Positions 1 to 8,118 are shown, counted from the first letter of the stretch. The stretch: 20,000 nt of DNA from an uncultured virus (IMG/VR IMGVR_UViG_2831345111_000004) (IMGVR_UViG_2831345111_000004), one strand, 5' to 3'. Notes: generated by a model not told the origin, from the sequence alone. Translations and numbers: made by a program.

Positions 1-1
1 T

Positions 2-190
2 GCCCTCAAATATGGGGACTTGCAGCTTGAGGAGCGGATGGAGGTTCGTACGGTTGAATCCGGGCCAGAAGGATTTCGCCTTGGGTTACAGCTCAACTCC
101 CCCGCAAGCAGTAGCCTGGACGTCGTATCCAAAATACTGACTTACCTGCGTCTGCACGAGGAGTTCGTACGGACGCATGCACACATCTAA
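2..190 (+). CDS. 3' end of a CDS entering from the left edge; possible PilZ-like beta-barrel C-terminus
   Basis: Frame 2 is open from the edge to TAA at 188-190: ALKYGDLQLEERMEVRTVESGPEGFRLGLQLNSPASSSLDVVSKILTYLRLHEEFVRTHAHI*. 'EVR...G.RLGLQ' followed by an amphipathic helix resembles PilZ C-termini. The stop overlaps the convergent stop at 187-189. Confidence 0.5.
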   Translation, partial: ALKYGDLQLEERMEVRTVESGPEGFRLGLQLNSPASSSLDVVSKILTYLRLHEEFVRTHAHI

Positions 191-768
191 CGTTTTAAGC
201 GGGAGCGTTCTCGGGTAAAGGTGTGCCGAGCTTCCTGTTGCAGCGCTGGATGCCCTTTTACCAAGCCTTTAACGAGCGCTTCATGGTCAGGTAGGTAGAC
301 TTTGGCGAGCCTGAGGTCAGCATGCACAATGCCATCCAGGCTATCGATGATATCCGCCAGCTTTATGTCATGCACCCTGGGTTCGGCCGCTATCAAGCGC
401 TCGCGATAGAGGCGCTTTCTTTCTGCCCGAGGCACACCGGCCAGTGCCGGCCCCTCGGTTAGGGGGAGCACGAGGGACAGTACCTCTTCGCCATACTGTC
501 GGCGCAACATCGAGGCGGACATCCCGGCATTCATATCGAGCGCGCTATGAAAGAGCGCCGCAATAAGCGTGGGCTCATCCGCCCCAATGTTCAGCAGTCG
601 CATAGCGACGCCGTAGGGATGCGTTACATAGGGAAGTTCGGTGTATCGACGATACTGGCTGGCATACAACTCGGCTGCGTCCTGGACGGCCAACTGCACT
701 TTACTGGAGGCGTGCGTACGCAGCGCCTCGGGAGGGAAAACTTTAATAGTAGACTCCAAACTCGTCAT
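187..768 (-). CDS. HD-domain protein, RelA/SpoT hydrolase (Mesh1/SAH)-like, with degenerate catalytic motifs
   Basis: Motifs Q.RRY..LPYVTHP..VA, IAALFHSALD (canonical AALLHDxxED), YGEEV..LV..LT and IKLAD. Confidence 0.8.
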   Translation of the reverse strand: MTSLESTIKVFPPEALRTHASSKVQLAVQDAAELYASQYRRYTELPYVTHPYGVAMRLLNIGADEPTLIAALFHSALDMNAGMSASMLRRQYGEEVLSLVLPLTEGPALAGVPRAERKRLYRERLIAAEPRVHDIKLADIIDSLDGIVHADLRLAKVYLPDHEALVKGLVKGHPALQQEARHTFTRERSRLKR

Positions 769-1027
769 CCTTCACGCCGCACTCCTTGCACTGGTCAAAG
801 AGCAGCGTCGTGCCATCCTCTTCCATATCCCCGGTCTTGAGATACGAACACCAGCCGTTACATTGGCCAGGGGCATCCGATTTCAGGGACCAGAACGGAC
901 AAAGGCCTGTCTGCCGTTCAACACCATCTGCGCCGACTTCCCATCCCCGCACAGTGCCCTGCTTGTAACAGTACTGCCCCACGGGAATGAGCGTTTCAGC
1001 CTTGATAATTGGGATGACCTTAGACAT
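743..1027 (-). CDS. Small Cys-rich phage-type hypothetical protein (putative metal binder)
   Basis: IPVGQYCY, CPFW, CNGWCSYL, LFDQCKECG. The ATG at 1027 has AAAGG upstream; the ORF track uses TTG at 1036. Confidence 0.7.
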   Translation of the reverse strand: MSKVIPIIKAETLIPVGQYCYKQGTVRGWEVGADGVERQTGLCPFWSLKSDAPGQCNGWCSYLKTGDMEEDGTTLLFDQCKECGVKDDEFGVYY

Positions 1028-1047
1028 GAGACTCAACCTTTCTAGTG

Positions 1048-1455
1048 CTACTTCGCGACCATGACACGACCACTGACCCCTATGGCCTTTGCGGCCTGAG
1101 CAATAGGTGTCTGGGTATCCTGACGAATGAACGTGTCGGTCTCATAGGGGTTGTACCGGACTGGCAGCCAATCTGCGAGCGGGATATCACCCGCCATCTC
1201 GACAGCCGTCACCTCCCCGCGCACTACGGCATGCACCAGCTTACGGCGGGTAGCCCGCACCTTTTCTCGCCCCGCGGCTGAGACCTTGAAGGTCACGTCC
1301 TTGAGCTCGATGTGCTGCACATGCGCAAGCACGCGGCCGCGATTGGGACCCGCGGCAACTCGAACAGAGAATGTTCCATGGGGTTTGTGCAAGTTGCGGT
1401 AGATTTCCACCTCCTGCCCCACCAGGGATTGCACATCAGCGACCAGATACGTCAT
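1048..1455 (-). CDS. Phage-type conserved hypothetical protein (YRNLH...RKxVHA...YNPY pattern)
   Basis: ATG at 1455 has GGAG 5 nt upstream; the longer ORF-track start crosses a terminator. The motif pattern is recalled from phage hypothetical proteins. Confidence 0.7.
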   Translation of the reverse strand: MTYLVADVQSLVGQEVEIYRNLHKPHGTFSVRVAAGPNRGRVLAHVQHIELKDVTFKVSAAGREKVRATRRKLVHAVVRGEVTAVEMAGDIPLADWLPVRYNPYETDTFIRQDTQTPIAQAAKAIGVSGRVMVAK

Positions 1456-1469
1456 GGAGACTCCATGAG

Positions 1470-1496
1470 AAAGGGCTCGAAGTTTCCGAGCCCTTT
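1470..1496 (-). terminator. Intrinsic terminator after the porin gene (possibly bidirectional)
   Basis: AAAGGGCTCG-aagtttc-CGAGCCCTTT, a perfect 10-bp inverted repeat with T runs on both strands. Confidence 0.75.
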
Positions 1497-1518
1497 TATT
1501 CAAGCAACGACAGCCAGG

Positions 1519-2238
1519 TTAGAAGCTGTAACCAACGTTGACACGTGCTTCGTGGTTGCGGTCCTGCGCCTTGTCGGCGGCATCGTGACCGTCAACCTGA
1601 TAGGCCACGCCTACGGAGAAGTTGTCGTTCACCTTGTAGCCGGCACGCAGTTGCGCCAGGGACACGCCGTTATGAGCGGCATCGTTGTCATACCAGTAGT
1701 AACCAACGTCGCCGCCGAGGCTGAACTTGTCGATGTTGTAGGTGTAACCCAGGCTTGCATAGGTGTCGCCATGCGCGAATGCAGCCGGGCTGTTCTTGGC
1801 ACCACCGATGTTGCGATAGACAGCGCCTTCGATGCCGTTCCAGCCCGCGTGAGCATAGACTTCATTGAAAGTCATATCAGCAGCACTGTTCGGGCCATTG
1901 AATTGATAACGGGTGACGCCGCCGCCCAGCTTGATGCCAGGGCCGACTTCGGTGTTATAGCCGACGGTGATGTTAGACAGATATTGGTGAACACCATTGA
2001 TGCCGCTGACGTTGACGGTATTTTCGTCCAGGGACGCAAACAGGCCGGTCTCATGGGTGGCGGTCACATTGAAACCGAGAGTCGGATTATTGCCAGACAG
2101 GGACATACCTCGGAAATTGTAGTCAGTCGCAGCATGCACATCACCGGTCAGCTTCACACCAGGCACAACGTCAGCATGGGCAACACCAGCCATACTCATT
2201 ACAGCCATAGCGGCCAATGCAAACTTAGAAAACTTCAT
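1519..2238 (-). CDS. TorF/Gcw_chp-family putative outer-membrane porin
   Basis: Signal peptide MKFSKFALAAMAVMSMAGVAHA, family motif TDYNFRGMSLS, alternating beta-strands and C-terminal YSF. GGAG lies 6 nt before the ATG at 2238. Confidence 0.85.
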   Translation of the reverse strand: MKFSKFALAAMAVMSMAGVAHADVVPGVKLTGDVHAATDYNFRGMSLSGNNPTLGFNVTATHETGLFASLDENTVNVSGINGVHQYLSNITVGYNTEVGPGIKLGGGVTRYQFNGPNSAADMTFNEVYAHAGWNGIEGAVYRNIGGAKNSPAAFAHGDTYASLGYTYNIDKFSLGGDVGYYWYDNDAAHNGVSLAQLRAGYKVNDNFSVGVAYQVDGHDAADKAQDRNHEARVNVGYSF

Positions 2239-2328
2239 TCGATACTCCATTTTTGATTTAGATTTTTGAACAAGGCCAGACAAGGCCTCTTATGGGCGTA
2301 TAAGCAAATCACCTCCGGCCGGAGACAA

Positions 2329-2354
2329 GCTGGAGGCCTTTTAGAGCCTCCAGC
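2329..2354 (-). terminator. Strong hairpin between HU and the porin (terminator/attenuator candidate)
   Basis: GCTGGAGGC-8 nt-GCCTCCAGC, a perfect 9-bp stem, but only a weak U-tract (TTGTCT) on the minus strand. Confidence 0.45.
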
Positions 2355-2388
2355 GGTCGGGGATGTCGCTTTTACGCAACAAGCTTCG

Positions 2389-2670
2389 TTACAGCATCGC
2401 CTTCACTGCCGGGGATACGGTCAGCTTCAGAACACGGCGGGCCGGTACGACAATGCGTTCGTTGGTGATGGGGTTACGGGCAACGCCCGCTGCACGATTG
2501 CGCGCTTCCAACGTACCAAACTTATGCAGGCGAACTTGCTTGCCCTGGGCGAGCTCAGCGGTCACCTTGTCGAAAATAAAGCGCGTCAGATTGGCGCCAT
2601 CTTGACGGGTCAGACCGAATTCAGCCGCAACTGCATTCGAAAGGTCTTTCATGTTGAAAGTATCAGCCAT
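2389..2670 (-). CDS. HU/IHF-family histone-like DNA-binding protein
   Basis: 93 aa with V.LHKFGTLE..NRAA..ARNP.T.E.I.VPARRV, the HU signature; GGAG RBS. Confidence 0.93.
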   Translation of the reverse strand: MADTFNMKDLSNAVAAEFGLTRQDGANLTRFIFDKVTAELAQGKQVRLHKFGTLEARNRAAGVARNPITNERIVVPARRVLKLTVSPAVKAML

Positions 2671-2741
2671 TTACTATAGTCTCCAAGAGGGTTGAAAATC
2701 GCACCACGGAATGATGGGTGCTTCATCGATTGGTGATTTTT

Positions 2742-2770
2742 AGTATAGCGTAATATGCACAAAACTGCAA
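2742..2770 (-). promoter_or_regulatory. Sigma70-type promoter for HU
   Basis: TTGCAG-17 nt-TATACT on the minus strand. Confidence 0.7.
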
Positions 2771-2872
2771 GTTTAAAGCGATGTTTTCGTCTTTCGACTT
2801 CTTTTTGGTGTTAACTTTCGGTCAAGTCTGGTCGCCTATAGCTAAATCGCGGGCTGTTAACATCCCGCTTAT

Positions 2873-3529
2873 TCAAGCATCTTCTTTGATGTCGTAGGCG
2901 GGATTGGCTGCAACGCGATTGAATAACTTCTTAAGCCTCGTCACGGAGCGCTGATAGTCCTCTTTATTCTCGGAACCGTTGTATCGCATGATGGCGCGAG
3001 GCTCGTTACCGCCTTCTAGCGTCAGGTATTCCCGGACCACCTTGGCGCCGATTTCGATGTTTTCCGTCACGGTTGTCGGGTGAACCACGCCTCCGCTGAA
3101 CTTATCCCGGTGGTATCGTCCGATGACCTGCATGATGCCATAGGTGTTGTTGGGGTCCGCATCCTGGCGGTGCCTGAAAGAGGATTCCCTGGCTGCAATT
3201 GCGAGGAGTGTTGTCGGCTCTAGGTGATACTTTTCTGCTGCATGGAAGGCGGCTCCCACAACGGTTTTAGCGTACCCCAACCCAAGCCCCCACCGAACGG
3301 CAATAAATCTTGCCATTCGATTCCGCTGCGCCGTGACCTGGATGGCCGGGTCTATCGGTTGAGGGGTGCTATGTTGGATTGGATGAAGCGCAAGAGACAA
3401 CGGCTTCGAGGCAGAGCTGACCACTTCTGGTGGCGGATTGATGGACGGGCAGGCCAGCAGGGCTGCTAGCAGCCCTGTCAGCGTTACAATCCGTTTAAGT
3501 GAAATATGTCCTGATACTGCCGCCCTCAA
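2873..3529 (-). CDS. Lytic transglycosylase, SLT domain, with N-terminal membrane anchor/signal
   Basis: LAIAARESSF (catalytic Glu), YGIMQV, NIEIGA..., AIMRYNG. The TTG start overlaps the RNase stop (TTGA); exact start uncertain. Confidence 0.88.
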   Translation of the reverse strand: MRAAVSGHISLKRIVTLTGLLAALLACPSINPPPEVVSSASKPLSLALHPIQHSTPQPIDPAIQVTAQRNRMARFIAVRWGLGLGYAKTVVGAAFHAAEKYHLEPTTLLAIAARESSFRHRQDADPNNTYGIMQVIGRYHRDKFSGGVVHPTTVTENIEIGAKVVREYLTLEGGNEPRAIMRYNGSENKEDYQRSVTRLKKLFNRVAANPAYDIKEDA

Positions 3530-5568
3530 GCGGCTAACCTGTCTCCCGCCTTGACCAGAGCAACATTGAGCTCAGGATAGGCTGGGCGCTCGCGAACAAC
3601 ACGCGTCCAGGATACCTGCATAGGATAACCTTCTTCTAACGGGACCACTTGGCCATTACGACCCGGGCCATACCATGTGGATTCTTCTAGCTTGAAGCCA
3701 TTTGCACGTAGGCTTCCGGCCGGCAACCATGCTGCACACTGCCACCCTTGAATAACGACTCGCAAACCACGGGGCGTGATGCGTACCACCCGTGCCTTTA
3801 AAGAGGTAGCCGTCGGCACTTCAGCCGTGAAGTTTTGCAACTTGAGGCCATCCCATACGCCACGCTCCGCCAAGCGCGCGGCTTGAGACCGCTCAGAGCA
3901 CTTCGCGACACGTCGCTCGAGGTCCGTCATCTCAGCGGCATTGAGTTCATATCCCGCAGGCGCCAGCAGCAATCGGTGAACCAGGAGGTCGGCATATCGA
4001 CGGATGGGGCTTGTGAAATGAGTGTACCAATCAAAGGACAACGAGAAGTGGCCGCCAGCCTGCTCACGGTCCAGCACGACATACTTTGCCGGACGCATAC
4101 AGGAGCGAATGCGATGAGACGCAGCAGCCAGGCTATCCGCATCGGGTTGTGCTGCCAGGAATCCAGCCAGGGACTTCATGCTAGGCGCGTCTGGCAACTC
4201 GACGTCTTGAGTCAGCGCCCAGGTGCGCAAATCATGCCAGTCCTCCGCCTCCGGCGCAGGCTGGTGACGCAGCACCGCGGCGCCGTAGCGGTCGAGCAAC
4301 ATTTCAGCCGTCACCCGGTTGGCCAGCAACATCAATTCCTCGACCAGCTTGTGCGCCTCGGTACGGGATTCCCATACCAGCTTCCAGCCGCCATCCGGCA
4401 GCTTTTCCAGATTCGGCTCTGGCTCATCAAAGTCCAGCTTGCCAGCCTCGTCGCGTTGCTTGAGCAGCACACGGTAGACATCGACCAGCGCATCGAGATT
4501 CTTTTCCACCGGAGCGGCAAAACGCTGCCCTTCGTCCGCCATGTAGGACGCGACTTCGTTGTAGGTGAGTCGTGCGGCAGATTGGATGAGGGCACGCTCA
4601 ATGCGAGCCTCGCTCACCTCTCCCGCCTCTGACAGCTTACATTGCAGGATTACCGCGCGTTTGACATCTCCGGGAGTCAGGGAACACCGGTCCGTTGACA
4701 GCGCCTCAGGCAGCATTGGCACGGTACGGCCTGGCAGATACACTGAAGTGCATCGTTCCGCCGCCCAAGCATCGAGCGCGCTACCCGGTCGGACATAATA
4801 GGAAACATCTGCGATAGCGACGCGCACATCCCAGCCACCTTCAATAGCCTCGGCATACACCGCGTCATCAAAGTCACGAGTGCTTTCACCGTCAATCGTG
4901 ACGAACGGAAGGTCGCAATGGCCTATAGGCTCGCCGCCAGCCTCCGCCTGAAGCGCTTCAGCTTCCGCCATGACACTTTCCGTGAAAGTCGACTGGAAAC
5001 CATGCTTAACAAGTGCGTAATCCTGGGCGAAGCCATCGCGATTGCGGTCACCTAGGACTCGTTCGATTTCCACTTCAAGAGGGCGTGACACAGGCTGGCC
5101 TTCATACGCAGAAATTTCTACAGCCACTACATCACCATCATCGACGCCATGGGCGCGCACATCGTGCTCTTGGAGGAATAATCGGGTGAAGCACGGCTCG
5201 TCAGACCGAAGGTACCAGGCTCCATCCGCTTCCTTCTTCACCTCACCCAGCAGCAGGAAGGCCTCACGACGCACTGACACGACAGCCTTAACTTCTCGGC
5301 CATCAGCTTCAGGATTAACCGGGGCAGGCACAAATCGAATTTCATCGCCAGAGAGCAACGGGCGCACGAGGTCGGAGGGGATGTAAAAGGCGTCACCTTC
5401 TGCGGTGGTCACAAAACCGAATCCACGGTAATGCAAGTTGACCCGGCCTTTAGGTAATTCCGTTTTTTTGGAGGGCATCTCTTGTGGGCGGGCCCCTGGG
5501 ACTAAGGCTACTGCCTTAGAAATGAGCTGCTCAACAACAGGGCAGCTATCAAATTTACGACGAATCAT
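3526..5568 (-). CDS. rnr: RNase R / RNase II family 3'-5' exoribonuclease (cold-shock domains + RNB + divergent S1)
   Basis: RGFGFV cold-shock motif, TIDGESTRDFDDAV, VAIADVS, SVYLP...PMLP, EELMLLAN, YTHFTSPIRRYADLLVHR. Confidence 0.93.
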   Translation of the reverse strand: MIRRKFDSCPVVEQLISKAVALVPGARPQEMPSKKTELPKGRVNLHYRGFGFVTTAEGDAFYIPSDLVRPLLSGDEIRFVPAPVNPEADGREVKAVVSVRREAFLLLGEVKKEADGAWYLRSDEPCFTRLFLQEHDVRAHGVDDGDVVAVEISAYEGQPVSRPLEVEIERVLGDRNRDGFAQDYALVKHGFQSTFTESVMAEAEALQAEAGGEPIGHCDLPFVTIDGESTRDFDDAVYAEAIEGGWDVRVAIADVSYYVRPGSALDAWAAERCTSVYLPGRTVPMLPEALSTDRCSLTPGDVKRAVILQCKLSEAGEVSEARIERALIQSAARLTYNEVASYMADEGQRFAAPVEKNLDALVDVYRVLLKQRDEAGKLDFDEPEPNLEKLPDGGWKLVWESRTEAHKLVEELMLLANRVTAEMLLDRYGAAVLRHQPAPEAEDWHDLRTWALTQDVELPDAPSMKSLAGFLAAQPDADSLAAASHRIRSCMRPAKYVVLDREQAGGHFSLSFDWYTHFTSPIRRYADLLVHRLLLAPAGYELNAAEMTDLERRVAKCSERSQAARLAERGVWDGLKLQNFTAEVPTATSLKARVVRITPRGLRVVIQGWQCAAWLPAGSLRANGFKLEESTWYGPGRNGQVVPLEEGYPMQVSWTRVVRERPAYPELNVALVKAGDRLAA

Positions 5569-5578
5569 TAATAAAATC

Positions 5579-6028
5579 CTATTCTTCTTTGGGCAAGCGC
5601 AGCAGCAATCGCATGTACGCTAGAAAGCACCATGTATTCATAAAGAAATCGACCTCATGGCCACCATGACCGCCAAGAGCCATCATCAGCAGGAAAAGCG
5701 ACTGGATGCCAATACCAATAAGCAGGTAGCCGGAAAATGCCCTTAGCTTTTTCACGTAGCCCAATAGCGTACGGAGAATAAACAGGGGAATAAGCTCAAC
5801 GACAACCCCAACAAGGGATACCTCGCCATGGTCGGCCCAGAAGGTCAGTTGCGACATGAAAAGATAAATACCGAGGAGTATCCAGATATAGCGACTGTTC
5901 GACGCTGGCAATCCCGTGCCATCATGCCTCAGGGTGAGCAACCGACTGATGTGATACATCAAGGCAGACACAAACAATACAGGCAAGCTATCAGATACAG
6001 AACGCATATAACTTGGAAAATCTTTCAT
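5579..6028 (-). CDS. Hypothetical integral membrane protein (about 5 hydrophobic segments)
   Basis: 149-aa ORF filling the gap, with several long hydrophobic stretches; more AT-rich than its neighbours. Confidence 0.65.
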   Translation of the reverse strand: MKDFPSYMRSVSDSLPVLFVSALMYHISRLLTLRHDGTGLPASNSRYIWILLGIYLFMSQLTFWADHGEVSLVGVVVELIPLFILRTLLGYVKKLRAFSGYLLIGIGIQSLFLLMMALGGHGGHEVDFFMNTWCFLAYMRLLLRLPKEE

Positions 6029-6081
6029 ATCTAGTATACGGTTAATTTTCGTTTGTTAACTTTTGGTCTTGTTAAGTTGGG

Positions 6082-6705
6082 TTACGCCCACCAGGCATCC
6101 CGCTGCACATTGGAGTCCCACACATTCAACTCCACATGAACGCCCGCGACATCGAACCCAGATGTCTTCAAGACCTCGGTAAGTCGAGAAATACGCTCAC
6201 GCGCGGCATTGGCGGCGCCAGTTCGAACACGAATATTGGCAAACTGCGCGACCACGCCTGCTTTCCGCTCGCGCGGATTACTGGAGAGGCGAAAGTCATA
6301 TTGCACTCCTAGCTGCGCTAGCTTTTCACGCTCCTGAAGGAACAATCCCTCCGGAATTTGGCATTTGATATGGGCCTCCAGATAGTTCAGCGGCGTCAAT
6401 TCGCAATCAAACTGACCCATGAATTCCAATTTAGCCCGTATCACAGGCACCCCTGAGGCCTCTGCCATCCTGCCGACATCCCGCTTTACAGCCTGCAAGA
6501 TACTTTCCCTCACCTCAAGGCCGCCGCGGTAATAGCGCGTCAACATAACATCACGCTGACGGGCCGTATCTCGTTCGAGGTCTATCAACGTGACTTTGGT
6601 TCCAGAGGGAAGGTCCTCAAGGTTTGCTACTGCGCCATCTTGGAGCGTAAAATGAGCATGAAAGACACCGGCGCAATTCGCCGCCGGCGTAGGTTGGAGT
6701 TGCAT
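6082..6705 (-). CDS. Hypothetical protein with two His-bearing strand motifs
   Basis: 207 aa, GAGGA RBS and its own promoter. Motifs FHAHFTL, VIRAKLE, YLEAHIKC and terminal DSN..RDAWW. Confidence 0.75.
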   Translation of the reverse strand: MQLQPTPAANCAGVFHAHFTLQDGAVANLEDLPSGTKVTLIDLERDTARQRDVMLTRYYRGGLEVRESILQAVKRDVGRMAEASGVPVIRAKLEFMGQFDCELTPLNYLEAHIKCQIPEGLFLQEREKLAQLGVQYDFRLSSNPRERKAGVVAQFANIRVRTGAANAARERISRLTEVLKTSGFDVAGVHVELNVWDSNVQRDAWWA

Positions 6706-6731
6706 AGCGATTCCTCAGGAGAAGAATCGCT

Positions 6732-6760
6732 AGTATACCGTTTAATGCTTGTTTTTGCAA
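6732..6760 (-). promoter_or_regulatory. Sigma70-type promoter
   Basis: TTGCAA-17 nt-TATACT. Confidence 0.7.
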
Positions 6761-6768
6761 GTTTTACG

Positions 6769-7506
6769 CTACGGCATCGGCTTTACAGTCAAGACATGCC
6801 AGCTCCGGGTGCCACCTCCATCCCAGGTGTAGAGACAGTCAACTTTCAACCCGTTTCCAGCACCCCAATCAATCAGAGCCTTCCATTGCGGAGAGTACTT
6901 GGACTGACCTGTATTGAGCTTGGCAACCATGCCGCTATCCCATGCGCCGAGATGCTGATAGGCCTCACCCTCTTCCAGCGCGTATGGCTTTGGAAGCTCT
7001 CCCCGCTCAATACTTAGAGTGACACTGAGCTTAAAGGATTCAAAAAACGCCTCAACCTCCGTCGCCCGTTGAAGCTCAACCGCCTCCTGTGCAGCATCAT
7101 TGGCTTTTTCAGCCAGAGCCGCGCCCTCCTCCTTGAGTCTTTGCACGTGCTGAAGCTTTGCCCCGAGATTACCCTTTCTTGCGGCGGCATCTGCACGCTC
7201 ACGACGAAGCGATTCCAACTCAGTGATAGTCCGCCGACTGGCTTCAATCTTGGTATTCTCTGCGGTGATTAAGGTGTCGATATCGTTAGCAGCATTCCAG
7301 ATACCTGCGAGCTGCTCCTTAGAGGGGCTACTACCTATCCAGCCCTGCTTCCCTTCGTGGCCGCATTCTTTACAAACCCCTCCTCCCACATTACCTTCGG
7401 TGTAGCCACAATCCCACAACTTGATATCTGCGCTACCGCATTTCAAGCAAGGTGCAACGTAGATTTCCTTGGTTTCAGTAACAGTTTTGGTCTCAGTAAT
7501 TTGCAT
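6769..7506 (-). CDS. Lar (restriction-alleviation)-like zinc ribbon fused to a coiled coil and an unknown C-terminal domain
   Basis: PCLKCG...VCKECGH...LAGIWN matches the Lar-type CxxC/CxxC/WN pattern. Residues ~75-150 are an A/E/K/R-rich heptad helix. Confidence 0.65.
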   Translation of the reverse strand: MQITETKTVTETKEIYVAPCLKCGSADIKLWDCGYTEGNVGGGVCKECGHEGKQGWIGSSPSKEQLAGIWNAANDIDTLITAENTKIEASRRTITELESLRRERADAAARKGNLGAKLQHVQRLKEEGAALAEKANDAAQEAVELQRATEVEAFFESFKLSVTLSIERGELPKPYALEEGEAYQHLGAWDSGMVAKLNTGQSKYSPQWKALIDWGAGNGLKVDCLYTWDGGGTRSWHVLTVKPMP

Positions 7507-7535
7507 GTTTTTTGCGCTTGAATTGAATAGTCATT

Positions 7536-7564
7536 AACTTAACATTTTGTAGCTAATTTGTCAA
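7536..7564 (-). promoter_or_regulatory. Putative sigma70 promoter (leftward)
   Basis: TTGACA-17 nt-TAAGTT with TG upstream of the -10. Confidence 0.5.
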
Positions 7565-7648
7565 TTTTAGATATATCAATTCCATTTACTGCGCCTAAGG
7601 TAACACTTTGTTAACATTTTGGATTTATACTCAATTATACTTCTTAAC

Positions 7649-7677
7649 TTGCAGGTAATAGCTATCTGCGGTATTTA
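7649..7677 (+). promoter_or_regulatory. Putative sigma70 promoter (rightward)
   Basis: TTGCAG-17 nt-TATTTA, 29 nt before the ATG at 7707. Confidence 0.45.
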
Positions 7678-7706
7678 ATCCAACATAAACAATCAGCAAG
7701 GAAAAC

Positions 7707-8108
7707 ATGCGTAGTATTTTAGCTTTTGCTCTGGCCACCCTGGCCATTCCGGCTTTTGCCGCCCCTGTACTGGAAGTAACCCTGTTCGATGAGGCGCCGG
7801 TGACGGTTACCTGCTCCTCCACGCCGACGCGTATTGAGTCTAATGACTGGCCGAACACCTCCCACCGCGCAGCCGTTGTTCTCCGCTGCAACGACGGTGG
7901 TGACAAGGTTGTTGGTCGACTGCTCATGGATGATGCACGCTACGTGGCTATCAAGAACTCCAAGGAAGGCCCCGCCAAGAGCGTGACACTTCCACCGGCC
8001 AAGGTGCATGCTGAACAGCACTTCACTCTTGATTCGGATAGCGATGATACGCTGTCGGTCGCAGCTGACCCGACCCGCCCCATCCTGACCATCCACCGCA
8101 CCCTGTAG
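7707..8108 (+). CDS. Secreted/periplasmic hypothetical protein
   Basis: Signal peptide MRSILAFALATLAIPAFA, AAGGA RBS, two Cys. Confidence 0.8.
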   Translation: MRSILAFALATLAIPAFAAPVLEVTLFDEAPVTVTCSSTPTRIESNDWPNTSHRAAVVLRCNDGGDKVVGRLLMDDARYVAIKNSKEGPAKSVTLPPAKVHAEQHFTLDSDSDDTLSVAADPTRPILTIHRTL

Positions 8109-8118
8109 TCGGTCAGTC

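Noticed and set aside
1312..2256. 314-aa plus-strand ORF
   Set aside because: Antisense shadow of the porin gene, which has a signal peptide, family motif and RBS.
3835..4632. 265-aa plus-strand ORF (and other short ORFs within 3526-5568)
   Set aside because: Antisense to RNase R; no recognisable motifs.
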